From: a virus
Lineage: Duplodnaviria; Caudoviricetes
DNA length: 64,000 nt
Virus record (IMG/VR): IMGVR_UViG_2974702911_000001
Location: 1-64,000 of that record
Reading direction: 5' to 3' (one strand)
Below, piece after piece: positions 1 through 10,388 of this stretch. Position 1 is the first letter of the stretch; each line of letters opens with the position of its first letter. The translations under genes were made by a program, and so were the position numbers. The notes beneath the pieces were generated by a model. It was not told the origin of the DNA and did not search any database. It saw only the letters and a list, made by a program, of their open reading frames with translations.

Positions 1-77
1 AGCGATCCCTCTCTCTCTGGAATTTTCGGGCCAAACACTAAGGCCGCTAACACGTAAAAGCGCAGCTCAGGAGGCAT

Positions 78-464
78 TTGCACATGGGACGTAACGCGCC
101 AGGCGCATATAGGGGCGGGAACCGGGGAAGGGACTCGCGTCCGTCTACCAAGGCGAAGTTTGAGCAGAAACAGCAGGAGAAGCCCAAGACGCAGCTTGAG
201 GATTTGGCCCGGACGGCTAAAGCCGAGGGTTGGACTGAGAAGGTGCTCTTTCAGGGGAACAAAACTTACACCCATTCCAAGTGGATCAAGGGTGACACCG
301 AGATAACGGTTACGACCAAGACGGATACCGGGAAAATCCGCAACGTTGACGTGCGCCGTCAGCGTAAAGGGGGCGGTATGGACACGCTGGAAATGATTAG
401 CGTCTCTGAGCGGGACAAACGGAAGCGCAGTAAGGCTGCGTTTAAGAATTTCGGGGGTAAGTGA
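78..464 (+). CDS. hypothetical protein (basic, first gene of left arm)
   Basis: 128-aa ORF whose stop overlaps the start of the next gene (GTGA overlap). Confidence 0.6.
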   Translation: MHMGRNAPGAYRGGNRGRDSRPSTKAKFEQKQQEKPKTQLEDLARTAKAEGWTEKVLFQGNKTYTHSKWIKGDTEITVTTKTDTGKIRNVDVRRQRKGGGMDTLEMISVSERDKRKRSKAAFKNFGGK

Positions 465-841
465 TGGCGTCGAGTGCGAAGAACGCGGTTCCACCTGGCC
501 TGAATCTGGCCGGGATCGACCTTTGGCTTGCTATTGCCGAGGAAAGGGAACTTGACGCTCCGGCCAAGGTGCTTCTGCTCAATGCTTGCCGGATCGCGGA
601 CAGGCTTGATCAGCTTGATAAGGAAATCGACGGGCGGTTGCTTTCGTACAACCAGCGCGGCGACGAGGTTATTAACCCGCTTATCTCTGAGCACCGGCAG
701 CAGTACACGACTCTTGCCAACATTTTGTCGAAGATGGGCTTGGGTGAGCTTCCGAAGGCGAAGCAAGAGGACTCCCGTTGGGATGAGCTAGCCAAGAAGA
801 GGGCTGAGCGGGCCGCTAAGGCACAAAACCAGGCTGTCTAG
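461..841 (+). CDS. terminase small subunit (probable)
   Basis: Helical ~125-aa protein with LLNACRIADRLDQL and INPLISEHRQQ segments typical of actinophage small terminases; upstream of TerL. Confidence 0.65.
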   Translation: MMASSAKNAVPPGLNLAGIDLWLAIAEERELDAPAKVLLLNACRIADRLDQLDKEIDGRLLSYNQRGDEVINPLISEHRQQYTTLANILSKMGLGELPKAKQEDSRWDELAKKRAERAAKAQNQAV

Positions 842-848
842 GGGGATT

Positions 849-1034
849 GTGCCGGGGATGATGCACAGCCGCGTCTCAGGGCGCGGTACGTGGTGTGACT
901 GTTGTTCCGCTTGGACCTCCACTCGGGCGCGTGAGAAGCGCCAGTGGCAGGCCGAGGACTGGGAAGAGGAATACACGGAGGCTGAGTACCGCGCGTTGAC
1001 GCGACTCGCCATTGAAAGGGTGAACAGTGAGTAG
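849..1034 (+). CDS. hypothetical protein
   Basis: 61-aa ORF with a CxxC-like motif, in operon context. Confidence 0.4.
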   Translation: MPGMMHSRVSGRGTWCDCCSAWTSTRAREKRQWQAEDWEEEYTEAEYRALTRLAIERVNSE

Positions 1035-1185
1035 CGAGAATGGCGCGTACCGGCCCGCTGAGGCTCAGTGCCTTAAGCAGGGCTGTGAGGGCGACGTTTG
1101 CGACTTCACGTCCACGTACGGACGGGTCTTTAAGTGCGTTGAGTGTGGGGAGGTAGCCACTAGCGCGCGGCTGAACTTCGACTAA
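1027..1185 (+). CDS. small Cys-rich (Zn-ribbon-like) protein, not in ORF track
   Basis: GTG 1027 to TAA 1185 reads VSSENGAYRPAEAQCLKQGCEGDVCDFTSTYGRVFKCVECGE...; TAATG coupling to TerL. Confidence 0.5.
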   Translation: MSSENGAYRPAEAQCLKQGCEGDVCDFTSTYGRVFKCVECGEVATSARLNFD

Positions 1186-2750
1186 TGGCGATGCAGATAG
1201 TCGAGAGCATCCCGACTATCCGGTCTGTCACGGTTGAGGATGAGCTTTGGATTCCAATTGAAGAGAAAGCTAAGGAATGGAAGGCGAAGGGGCTTGTTGG
1301 CCTCCAAACGCCCCGGCTTAGCAATTACCCGACGTTCTTTACCTCGCTTGAGGACGACGGGATGGACTTCATTGAGGCATACGGCTACGACCTACTGCCC
1401 TGGCAAGAGGCTATCTTCCGGGCGTCTTTAGGTCGTAACGAAAAGGACCGCTGGTCGGCCCGCCAGGTGTGCCTAATCGTGACCAGGCAGCAGGGTAAGA
1501 CGGAGCTTCTGGAAGCGCGCGAGTTTTTTGGGCTGTTCGGCCTTAACGAGAAGATTTTCCACACGTCGCAGCAGGCTAAGACGAACACACAGGCTTGGCA
1601 GGCGCTAACGAGCAAGATCGACTCCTATCCCGACTTGGAAGAGTTGGTGATGCGCCACAAGAACGGCGGCGAAGAGGTTTCGATCCGGCTTAAGAAAACC
1701 GCTAAGAACCCTGAGCCGGGTTATGTGCGCTACATTGCGCGCTCTCCTGACTCTGGTCGTGGCTTCCGTGACATTGACTTGGTGATGTGCGACGAGGCGT
1801 ATGCGCTCACCGCCGCCGAGATTGCCTCTCTTGGCCCTACTCAGCGCGCTAACCGTAATCCGCAGACGTGGTTCACCAGTTCTGCCGGTACGGAGGACTC
1901 GGAAATCCTGAGCGGTATCCGGGACGCTGGGATCGCCCACGCTAACGATGCTCTGCTTTTCGCTGAGTGGTCGCTGCTTGAGGGGGAGGACCCGGAGGAC
2001 CGGTCGCTGTGGCCTTTGGCTCAGCCGTCGCTAGGCGCTCCGTTCTGTTCGATTGAGAACCTTGAGGCTGAGTTTGTCCAGCTTCCGTTTGTTGAGTTCG
2101 CCCGCGAGCACATGGGCATGTGGGATGACCCGCGCGTTAACTCGGTTATCCCGTTCGATGCTTGGGAGGCTTGCAAGCTAGAGGACTTGCCTAACGGTGA
2201 GCAGCCAACCGTGGACGTTGAGTGGACGGTGGCGAGCGTTGACGTGGCTCCGGACCGCGCCTGGGGGTCTATCGCCTTGGCCGGTAAGCGTCCGGATGGC
2301 CGGTCGCACGTTGAGGTCATCGTTCAGGACAAGGGTGTCAATTGGATCGTCCCGACGATGCAGCGGCTTATCAGTTCCAGTAATCCACCTAAGGCGGTGG
2401 CATTGCAGGCCGGTGCCCAGGCTGGCGCGTTCTACGCGGAGCTTGAGCAGATCGGTTACAAGGTCCACATGCTTACCCCGCAGGAGATTGCGGCGGCTAC
2501 GGCGAAGTTCTACGACGACGTTGTGGGCGGGAAGCTGACGCACCTTGACGACGACACGTTGGTTAAGGGTTTGGCCGGTGCCACTAAGTACCCAATCGGA
2601 AAGATCGAAATGGGTGGTTGGGGCTGGCTTCGTAAAGGGACCAACGTCGATATCACTGGCATTGTCGCGTGTTCTTACGCCAACCGGATTCTCACATTGG
2701 AGTCGGCTGAGGAATCGCTGACCAAAAAGAAGCGATACAGGATGGTGTAA
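1185..2750 (+). CDS. terL: terminase large subunit
   Basis: LLPWQ, Walker A-like VTRQQGKT, Walker B MCDEA, C-terminal nuclease with SVDV and DITG. Confidence 0.95.
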   Translation: MAMQIVESIPTIRSVTVEDELWIPIEEKAKEWKAKGLVGLQTPRLSNYPTFFTSLEDDGMDFIEAYGYDLLPWQEAIFRASLGRNEKDRWSARQVCLIVTRQQGKTELLEAREFFGLFGLNEKIFHTSQQAKTNTQAWQALTSKIDSYPDLEELVMRHKNGGEEVSIRLKKTAKNPEPGYVRYIARSPDSGRGFRDIDLVMCDEAYALTAAEIASLGPTQRANRNPQTWFTSSAGTEDSEILSGIRDAGIAHANDALLFAEWSLLEGEDPEDRSLWPLAQPSLGAPFCSIENLEAEFVQLPFVEFAREHMGMWDDPRVNSVIPFDAWEACKLEDLPNGEQPTVDVEWTVASVDVAPDRAWGSIALAGKRPDGRSHVEVIVQDKGVNWIVPTMQRLISSSNPPKAVALQAGAQAGAFYAELEQIGYKVHMLTPQEIAAATAKFYDDVVGGKLTHLDDDTLVKGLAGATKYPIGKIEMGGWGWLRKGTNVDITGIVACSYANRILTLESAEESLTKKKRYRMV

Positions 2751-4391
2751 ATGGCTATTGAGCTACCGGAGTCAATCTCCGATGGTGAGGTTAAGAAGTT
2801 CATTGAGAACGTGCTATGGCCGGAGTTCGTTAAGAAGCGCGAGGGTCTGGACAAGATCGCTAAGTGGGCGCGTGGTGACCAGCCGGATTATCTGATTCAG
2901 AACGCTAATGCGGAGAAGCGGGCGCTGCTTAAGCTCGCTAAGACGCCTTGGCTGGGTCTGGTGGTTACGCACTTCACGCAGGCGCTCTTTGTGGACGGCT
3001 ACCGCGCGGAAGGCGCTAAGGAAAACGCTAGCGGGCCGTGGCAGACGTGGAACGCGAACAACATGCAGTCGCGGCAGATCGGTATTCACCGGGCCGCACT
3101 GACGTACGGGTACGCATTCGCACGCGTTTTGCCTGGTACGGCGCTTGACGGCGCCAATCAGGCCGAAATCCGCGGTGTGTCTCCGCGTCGGCTCCTGGCC
3201 CTCTATGAGGATCACGTCAACGACGAGTACCCGAGGTACGCGCTTGAGCTTGCGAACAACGGTAAGTACGTGCGGCTCTACGACGAGAACCACTACTGGG
3301 AACTTAAGATGCCGCATCCGGGCCAGTTCCGGACTGAGGACACTCCTAAGAAGTACCGGCACGGCGTGGGCGTCTGTCCGTTTGTTCGCTACCTGAATAT
3401 GCAGGACTTGGACGGCTTCACGATGGGTGAGGTTGAGTACCTGATCCCGGTTGCGTCGAAGATCGACAAGACGGACTACGACCGGCTGCTAGCGCAGCAT
3501 TACAACTCTTGGAAGGTTAAGACTGCTACCGGCATCGACGACCTTGACTCGGATGCGACGGAAGAGGACCAGGCGCGCGCAAAGCTGATCCTGGCTCACG
3601 ACGACATTCTGATGCACGGTAACGAGCACGCTAAGTTCGGGACCCTGCCGGAGACGAGCCTTGACGGCTTTATCGCGGCGCATGTGCAGGACGTTGAAAT
3701 CCTCGCTACGAACGCTCAGGTCCCGGTGTGGGTCCTTAATGGGTCGCTCGCCAATCTTTCGGGAGACGCGCTTACAGCGGCCACTAAGAGCACGATTCAG
3801 AAGCTCTACGAACGGCAGATCACGTTTGGCTCGGCGCACAACCAGCTTCTACGGCTGGCGGCGCATGTTGAGGGTGATAAAGAGGGCGCGCGTGACTTCA
3901 CGGCCAGTGTGTCGTGGCAGGACACGTCGGTTCGCTCGCTTGCTCAGGCGGTAGACGCTTACGGCAAGGCCGCGACGATGCTCGGTATGCCGAAGGAATT
4001 CCTGTGGGGTCTGATTCCGGGGATTACTAAGACGGACGTTGAGCAGATGCGCCAGCACTTCAACGATGACGACGATATGACGCAGATGCTTCTTTGGTGG
4101 ACTGCTAATGGCCCTGGTGGTCAGTTCGCAGCCGACATTGAGGTTGATACGCAGGAGCGCGTGATCGAAGCGCAGGGCGCGGTTCAGAAGGACTTGCAGG
4201 ACGCTCAGGCTAAGGCTCAGAAAGAGCTAGCTAAGCAGAATGCGGAGGCTCAGGCGAAGGCGGCGGCTCAGGCTGCGCGTGTTCAGCCTGCGGCTGCTTC
4301 TGGCGCGCGGAAAACGTCGAGCACGACTAAGCGGACGCCTAAGAAATCTGGCGGGGTCAACGGTAATGACCCGTCGAGTAGGGCGGCATAA
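2751..4391 (+). CDS. portal protein
   Basis: Follows TerL; SPP1-like portal features (YGYAF, VCPFVRYLN, ANLSGDAL, VSWQDT). Confidence 0.92.
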   Translation: MAIELPESISDGEVKKFIENVLWPEFVKKREGLDKIAKWARGDQPDYLIQNANAEKRALLKLAKTPWLGLVVTHFTQALFVDGYRAEGAKENASGPWQTWNANNMQSRQIGIHRAALTYGYAFARVLPGTALDGANQAEIRGVSPRRLLALYEDHVNDEYPRYALELANNGKYVRLYDENHYWELKMPHPGQFRTEDTPKKYRHGVGVCPFVRYLNMQDLDGFTMGEVEYLIPVASKIDKTDYDRLLAQHYNSWKVKTATGIDDLDSDATEEDQARAKLILAHDDILMHGNEHAKFGTLPETSLDGFIAAHVQDVEILATNAQVPVWVLNGSLANLSGDALTAATKSTIQKLYERQITFGSAHNQLLRLAAHVEGDKEGARDFTASVSWQDTSVRSLAQAVDAYGKAATMLGMPKEFLWGLIPGITKTDVEQMRQHFNDDDDMTQMLLWWTANGPGGQFAADIEVDTQERVIEAQGAVQKDLQDAQAKAQKELAKQNAEAQAKAAAQAARVQPAAASGARKTSSTTKRTPKKSGGVNGNDPSSRAA

Positions 4392-4407
4392 CTAAAGAGG
4401 GGGTTGA

Positions 4408-5478
4408 GTGGCTGAGGCCGACGAACAGGATAAGGCCACTTCCCCGCTAATCGCGGTGCCTGCCTTGGCTGAGCTTTATGCGACTGAGCATGTGCTCGCC
4501 CAGGAGGCCATCGCGGCTAGCACCACGGCAGGCTTAGCCCTGTTGTGGCCGATTATCCAATTCGACGCTCTGGACAGTTCAACAACGGCCTGGTTGCACG
4601 CAACCACGCTACAAATCAAATTGGGCTACGAGGAATCAGCCGACGCGGCGTTTGAGTACGTGCAGAAGGCGTTGTTCGCGGCTGTCCCAGATGCAGACCC
4701 GCCAGTAAAGGCGGCGGTTAATTTCCCAGCGCAGGAAATCCAAACTGCGATGCGGGTTAAGGGTCCCGTCCAGGTGAAGCGCGCCGTAGCGCGCGCGATC
4801 CCGGAAGAGGACGCTATGGAAGCCGGTAACGCGGCCTCACAAGGTGTGGGTGCTGCTAAGGCGACTGACGGCGGTCGCGCACAGGTTCTTGACTTCGTTG
4901 CCAAGCAGGCGGCTAAAGAGTTCAAGGCTGCGGAGAAATCCGGGGCTAAGGGCAAGCCTGCGATTGGTTACGCACGCAAGACCGACTCAAATCCGTGCTC
5001 ATTCTGCGCCATTCTGGCGTCACAAGGGGCGGTGTACTACAAAGAGACCGCTTTCGCGGCTAGCAATAGCAAAATCCGCGAGGTCAAGTGGTCTAGCAAT
5101 AGCGACAAGGGCACGAAGCGCGCGTTCATAGGTGATGGCCCGGCCAAGGTGCATGACAACTGTAAATGCACCATGCGACCGGTCTTTAGTCAAAGAGACA
5201 AATGGGATGAGCGCGCTAAGTATTTCCTTGAACAGTGGGAAAGGTACGGCAAGGCGGGGGTTGGCGAGGACGGTAAGTACCGGTCCGCAGAGCTTAACTT
5301 CCGTCGTAACTATGTACCGCCACCACCTTACAGCGCAGATGTGCTGGATTTAAGCGAGCGTCGGCAGATTATCGCCGATGTTCAACGAAACCGTGAGCGT
5401 CTACTTGCTCGCGGCTTCGCGGCGGATTCGCCAAACGTCAAATTCATTGACGACTCAATTAAGAAACTGAGCGCTTAG
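4408..5478 (+). CDS. capsid maturation protease / MuF-like head morphogenesis protein
   Basis: Between portal and scaffold; YARKTDSNPCSFCAILASQG and HDNCKC motifs. Confidence 0.75.
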   Translation: MAEADEQDKATSPLIAVPALAELYATEHVLAQEAIAASTTAGLALLWPIIQFDALDSSTTAWLHATTLQIKLGYEESADAAFEYVQKALFAAVPDADPPVKAAVNFPAQEIQTAMRVKGPVQVKRAVARAIPEEDAMEAGNAASQGVGAAKATDGGRAQVLDFVAKQAAKEFKAAEKSGAKGKPAIGYARKTDSNPCSFCAILASQGAVYYKETAFAASNSKIREVKWSSNSDKGTKRAFIGDGPAKVHDNCKCTMRPVFSQRDKWDERAKYFLEQWERYGKAGVGEDGKYRSAELNFRRNYVPPPPYSADVLDLSERRQIIADVQRNRERLLARGFAADSPNVKFIDDSIKKLSA

Positions 5479-5532
5479 CTCAGGACGCGGAACAGTCGCG
5501 CATTTACTGACTGGTTTATTTAAGGATCACTA

Positions 5533-6132
5533 ATGTCTGATATTGATACTCCCGATACCCCTGATACTCCGGATACGCCGGATGATGGTGGTAAGGAAAC
5601 TCCGTCCTTTAAGGCTATTACCTCGCAAGAGGACTTCGATAAGGCTGTTCAGCGGCGTCTAGCGCGCGAAGCCAAGAAGTACGAGGGCTATGACGACTTT
5701 AAGGCTAAGGCCGCTGAGTTGGACAAGCTACAGGCCGAAAAGGGTTCGGATATCGAGAAGCTGACCCGTCGCGCCGAGAAGGCCGAAAAGGATTTGGCTG
5801 CTCTAACGGAGAAGCTGACTAAGGCTGAGCGCCTTGAGCTTGTCCGGGATATCGCTGACGAACTGGGCCTGCCTAAGAAGCTGGTCAAGCGCGTTGCGGG
5901 CGATAACGAAGAGGACATTCGCGCAGACATTGAGGACCTTTTGGACGGTCTGCCTAAGAGTGAAAAGAAGGACGCGCCTAAGGACGGCGAGGACAGCAAG
6001 AAGCCGCCCTCAAATCAGCCAAAGGCACGCATGACGTTTACCACGCCTGGTGAGGACACCGACGAGGTTTCCGTTAGCGCGGACGACATTCTTAAGGACC
6101 TTCCGCGTGGCGGTGGGCTTAGGGCTTCCTAA
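5533..6132 (+). CDS. scaffolding protein
   Basis: Charged coiled-coil with ITSQEDFDKAVQRRLARE; precedes capsid gene. Confidence 0.85.
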   Translation: MSDIDTPDTPDTPDTPDDGGKETPSFKAITSQEDFDKAVQRRLAREAKKYEGYDDFKAKAAELDKLQAEKGSDIEKLTRRAEKAEKDLAALTEKLTKAERLELVRDIADELGLPKKLVKRVAGDNEEDIRADIEDLLDGLPKSEKKDAPKDGEDSKKPPSNQPKARMTFTTPGEDTDEVSVSADDILKDLPRGGGLRAS

Positions 6133-6191
6133 GCGTTCCGTCTCTCTTAATTCCCATTTCCGTAGTTAACAACTAAATAAAGGAGAGCATT

Positions 6192-7349
6192 TTGCCTACT
6201 CCCGCACATATCTTTGTCAAGCCGGAGCTTGTCGCTGAGATTGGCGTTAAGCAGCTTCAGCGCGAAATCGTGCTTCCCGGCCTTGTGTGGACTAACCCGC
6301 TGACCAACTTCGGCGGTTCGCAGGGCGACACCATTACGGTGCGCGTGCCTGCCATCACCACGGCTAACCGGCGCGACCTGCGTTCGGAGGACCGTACCGT
6401 TGTGGCGAGCGAGCTGGTTGAGCACTCGTTCGGCGTGACGCTTGATAAGCACATCTACCACGCGCTCAAGTTCACGGACGAGCAGCGCACGTTGGATATC
6501 CGCGACTACTCGCAGCAGGTTCTTATGCCTCAGGTGAGCGCGGTTGCTTACGAGCTTGAGGACTACATCGCGGAGCTTATTGAGGGTGCGCCTTACGAGG
6601 AAACCATTCTCATTGATCCTACCGATACGGTCCCTGCGTTCATCACGGCTGATCAGCGCATGGGTGAGGCCAAGGTTCCTACCGATGGCCGCACGCTGGT
6701 TGTTGGTTCGGCTGTCGCTGCGGCGCTGGCTAAGGACAAGCAGTTCCGTCACGCCGACTGGTCGGGCGATATGGCTAACTCGGCTCTGCGCGAGGCTCAC
6801 GTTGGGCGTCTGGCGGGCATGAACGTCATCAAGTCGCTGGCTATCGCCCCTGATAAGGCGTACCTGTGGCACCGTACGGCGTTCATCCTGGCTTACCGGA
6901 CTCCGGTTGTGCCTGAGGGCGCTAAGGCTGGTGCTTCGTTCAGCGCTAACGGCGTTGCGCTGCGCTGGCTGGCCGACTACGACTACTCGCAGCTTGGCGA
7001 CCGTACCCTTCTGGACGTGTTCGCTGGCCGCAAGGTCGTGAGCGAGGTTGACGGTTCGTTCGTGCGCGCGGTTGAGCTTCAACTGACGGCTGAGAGCATC
7101 ACCGTTGTTGGTGGCAACTTCGCGCTGCCTACGCGTACGGCGACTAAGCAGCTTAAGGTCCGCGACAGCAACGGCACCGACGTTACGGCGCGCTGCACGT
7201 TCGCTTCTGCGGATGCGACCAAGGCGACGGTTTCGGCTAGCGGCCTGGTGACGGGTGTCGCGGCTGGTACCTCGGTGATCACCGCTTCGTACGTGCCGCC
7301 GCAGGGTGGTACGGCTAAGACGGCCACCGCTACGGTCACCGTTCCGTAA
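6192..7349 (+). CDS. major capsid protein with C-terminal Ig-like domain
   Basis: GDTITVRVP motif, HK97-type position; C-terminal ASADATKATVSASGLVTGVAAG (Big_2-like). Confidence 0.92.
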   Translation: MPTPAHIFVKPELVAEIGVKQLQREIVLPGLVWTNPLTNFGGSQGDTITVRVPAITTANRRDLRSEDRTVVASELVEHSFGVTLDKHIYHALKFTDEQRTLDIRDYSQQVLMPQVSAVAYELEDYIAELIEGAPYEETILIDPTDTVPAFITADQRMGEAKVPTDGRTLVVGSAVAAALAKDKQFRHADWSGDMANSALREAHVGRLAGMNVIKSLAIAPDKAYLWHRTAFILAYRTPVVPEGAKAGASFSANGVALRWLADYDYSQLGDRTLLDVFAGRKVVSEVDGSFVRAVELQLTAESITVVGGNFALPTRTATKQLKVRDSNGTDVTARCTFASADATKATVSASGLVTGVAAGTSVITASYVPPQGGTAKTATATVTVP

Positions 7350-7359
7350 GTAGCTCCTA

Positions 7360-7836
7360 ATGGCGGGTCTAGCGACTATTAGTCAGCTACAGACCCTCAT
7401 GTCTACGACGTTTCCTGAGGGGAGCGATGAGCTAGCGCAGGCCGAGCTTGTGCTAGCCATCGTTTCCTCTTGGGCGCGGGTGGTGTCGGGTCGAGCGTGG
7501 CCCGACGCCCCTGTGGGCGTCCCAGAGGACGTGACGGCTGTGGTGTTGCAGGCGTCTCGCCGGGAGCTTAAAAACCCTGACCGCGTTATCTCGCGGCAGA
7601 TGGGTCCGTTTAACGTGCAGTTCTCCGCGCCACCGGACGGGTTCTTTTATCCGGCTGAGTTGGCGATTCTTAAGCGCTTTAAGCGCTCCGGGGGGTTGCA
7701 GACGGTAAGCGTTTCTCGCGGCGAGGACGGACGGCCTTGGGCCGGTAATACGGGATTCCTGCATCACGGCGAGGGGGACGGACTGTTCCCGTTCTGTGGT
7801 GGGGATGAAGGATACGGAGACGCGGTTCCCTGGTGA
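7360..7836 (+). CDS. head-to-tail adaptor
   Basis: Synteny; NPD...RQMGPF motif. Confidence 0.75.
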   Translation: MAGLATISQLQTLMSTTFPEGSDELAQAELVLAIVSSWARVVSGRAWPDAPVGVPEDVTAVVLQASRRELKNPDRVISRQMGPFNVQFSAPPDGFFYPAELAILKRFKRSGGLQTVSVSRGEDGRPWAGNTGFLHHGEGDGLFPFCGGDEGYGDAVPW

Positions 7837-8171
7837 ATGAGGAAACTTTAACGGTCACTCGGGGTGACACCGATAAGTACGGCAATCCCAACAAAGAGAT
7901 TCACGGCACCGTTAAGGGCATCTTTGCGTGGGGACCCGGTACTTCTACTAACAAGTTCGGGCGTGACCGAAACTTTAAGGGCGAGTCCAACTCTCTGACG
8001 GCTGAGCTTTATGTGAAGCGGGGGAGCGACCTTAAGGCGAGGGATCGCGTACAGCGTGCTAACGGCGAGGTTTATGCCGTCGTGGGGCACGCAGCGTGGG
8101 ACCAGAACGACCCGTTCGGCGGGTACGACTTCGGTTACATGGTGTTTCAGGTTGAGGCGGTGAATGCGTAA
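7833..8171 (+). CDS. head-to-tail stopper
   Basis: Synteny; beta-rich with DRVQR and YAVVG segments. Confidence 0.75.
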   Translation: MNEETLTVTRGDTDKYGNPNKEIHGTVKGIFAWGPGTSTNKFGRDRNFKGESNSLTAELYVKRGSDLKARDRVQRANGEVYAVVGHAAWDQNDPFGGYDFGYMVFQVEAVNA

Positions 8172-8587
8172 TGCAGGCAGGTCAGACCATTGGGCACCGG
8201 CTAATCGACGTTGACGTTCCTAAGCCCAATAAGGGGCTAGCGGAGCTTCTGCTAAGCGACAACATGATGCTCCTAATGGACATTATGGGCATGGAAGTCG
8301 TGATGCAGTACCGCGCTAAGGTCGCTAAGCGTACCGGCAAGCTGATGGCTTCGGCTGAGTCCAAGCCAAAGGTCGGCGGTCATGCTAATGACCGGTGGAT
8401 CGGTTACGTCACTATCGGTGGCGAGGGTCCGGTGGCTAAGTGGTATAGCCCGCGCAACCCTAACCCTGGCGATTTGTTCTATTACGGCGTTCTGCATGAG
8501 CACGGCGACGGTGGCAATCCCCCTTCGGGTTGGGACTTCCCGGCGCACAAGGACTTGCGGGAAGCCGTTATCGCGGCAGGCTTCTGA
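8171..8587 (+). CDS. neck/tail completion protein (HK97 gp10-like)
   Basis: Synteny; KRTGKLMASA and YGVLHEHG motifs. Confidence 0.6.
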   Translation: MQAGQTIGHRLIDVDVPKPNKGLAELLLSDNMMLLMDIMGMEVVMQYRAKVAKRTGKLMASAESKPKVGGHANDRWIGYVTIGGEGPVAKWYSPRNPNPGDLFYYGVLHEHGDGGNPPSGWDFPAHKDLREAVIAAGF

Positions 8588-8596
8588 GGGGGGTAA

Positions 8597-9082
8597 ATGG
8601 CGTTGGAGCTACCGGATTGGTACGAGGACCCATTCGTAAACGTCGAGAACTTGTTCATTGACATTTTCTCGGCCCTGCTGCCCGGTGTGATTACCGGGTG
8701 TTGGGCACCTGACGACTGGCTAGAGCAGGCGACTCCTGATCCGACTATCTGGTTTTTCCGGCTTCCGGGAGGCCAGGTCGATTTCCAGGGTCGAAAGGAT
8801 GAGTGCCAGTTACAAACCACCATTGTTACGGGTAGCCGTGACGATTCGTGGGCGCTAATGAACTTCGTCCGCGCAATGCTTCTGCCTTTGCAGGGCGACA
8901 AGTTCAAGATGGCTGACGGTTATACGGCGCAGATTCGTTGCGCTGGGGAGATTTCCGGGCCGCAGCTACTAACGCCGAACCAGCGCATTGATAACCGCGT
9001 GATTAACGCGGTGTTCAAGGTTTCGGTGAACCTGAAAACCGCAAAGGACTACAAGCAGTATTTCTATGCAGCGAGTTCTTAG
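8597..9082 (+). CDS. tail terminator
   Basis: Immediately upstream of major tail gene; RLPGG motif. Confidence 0.7.
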   Translation: MALELPDWYEDPFVNVENLFIDIFSALLPGVITGCWAPDDWLEQATPDPTIWFFRLPGGQVDFQGRKDECQLQTTIVTGSRDDSWALMNFVRAMLLPLQGDKFKMADGYTAQIRCAGEISGPQLLTPNQRIDNRVINAVFKVSVNLKTAKDYKQYFYAASS

Positions 9083-9111
9083 CGCATAACTAAATAGAGG
9101 GACAACTGAAT

Positions 9112-10011
9112 ATGACGGATTTTTACACGATTAAGGACGCGCAGGCCGATCTTGCTATCGCCCCGCTTAACCTGACCGTGCTTCTGGCTCCGTACAGCAC
9201 GACTCCGGCGCTTACGCTTGAGTCGCCTACGGACGGCTCGCTGACTATCCCTGAGGGGTATAAGTCGGTTGGTCATTTCCAGAAGGCCGCTGGTCTGACG
9301 CTGGGCAACGAGTTTGACAGCAAGGACATTGAGGCTTACGGCGAGCCTGAGCCTATCCGGACGATCATCAACAAGCGGACCACGACGTTCGACTTTTCGA
9401 TGTACCAGAACCAGCGCAACGTGCTGGAACTGATCTGGACGCAGGACTTCTCTGACGTTCAGCCTTCGGAGTTCGGTGGCATCGTTCTTGAGGCTCCTAA
9501 GGTGCCTAAGAACATCTACTACCGGGCGATCCTGGTTGGCCTTGACGACCGTAACGACCGCGAGGTTTGGGTCTACTGGCTGATGCCGAAGGTGAAGCTG
9601 GACAAGCTGGACAACCAGACGCTCAATGACGACAACGTTCTTGAGTACAAGCCGACGCTTAAGGCGTTCCGCGATGACGTGGCGGGCTACTCGGTGGCTC
9701 AGGGCTTCGCGGGTCCGGGTTGGCGCGACATTGTGGCTCAGGCTGGCTTCGGTCAGGCGCTTACGGCCCTGTCGGTTACGCCTGGCTCGCCTGCGGTGAC
9801 GGTGGCTACCGGTGCTTCGCACACGGCTCAGCTTCTGGTTGAGGGCGATAACGGTATCAACTACACGCCTGACGTGACGTTCACGTCGAGCGATCCGACC
9901 AAGGCGACCGTTTCGGCGTCTGGTCTGGTGACCGGTGTTGCGACGGGTACCGCAACGATTACGGCTACGAAGGGCGCGCTGACGGCTACGGCCACAGTGA
10001 CGGTTTCCTAA
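9112..10011 (+). CDS. major tail protein with C-terminal Ig-like domain
   Basis: GYKSVGHF, EAYGEPEPIR motifs; C-terminal SSDPTKATVSASGLVTGV. Confidence 0.92.
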   Translation: MTDFYTIKDAQADLAIAPLNLTVLLAPYSTTPALTLESPTDGSLTIPEGYKSVGHFQKAAGLTLGNEFDSKDIEAYGEPEPIRTIINKRTTTFDFSMYQNQRNVLELIWTQDFSDVQPSEFGGIVLEAPKVPKNIYYRAILVGLDDRNDREVWVYWLMPKVKLDKLDNQTLNDDNVLEYKPTLKAFRDDVAGYSVAQGFAGPGWRDIVAQAGFGQALTALSVTPGSPAVTVATGASHTAQLLVEGDNGINYTPDVTFTSSDPTKATVSASGLVTGVATGTATITATKGALTATATVTVS

Positions 10012-10112
10012 GTCGCTTTTAACGGGGAATGAGGGGGAGTGGTCATATAGCGGGCCGCTCCCCCTTACCTCGTCGTCTCAAAAAATAACTAACACTAAGG
10101 GGATAAATTCTT

Positions 10113-10388
10113 ATGGCTGAACTGAACGAGCTTGTGGGTTCTCTGTTCAAGGAACTGATCGACTCTGTGCGTATTCCGGAGCCGCTTGAGGTTGCGCCTG
10201 GCCTGACGGTCACTAACCCGACTAAGAAGCAGGCTAACGAGCTTATGAAGGCCACCACGGAGGAAGAGGCTCAGCGCATCATCTTCGGCGACCAGTTCGA
10301 TAAGGCTATGGAACTGTTTGATCCGCAGCCTGTGCAGGTCTGGAACGCTTTCATGGAGAAGTACAACGAGCACTTTTTTCGGAAGTAA
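10113..10388 (+). CDS. tail assembly chaperone (short form)
   Basis: Between major tail and tape measure genes. Confidence 0.85.
   Translation: MAELNELVGSLFKELIDSVRIPEPLEVAPGLTVTNPTKKQANELMKATTEEEAQRIIFGDQFDKAMELFDPQPVQVWNAFMEKYNEHFFRK

Noticed and set aside
5548-5583. (DTP)n tandem repeat in the scaffold N-terminus
   Set aside because: Ordinary low-complexity linker with degenerate codons.
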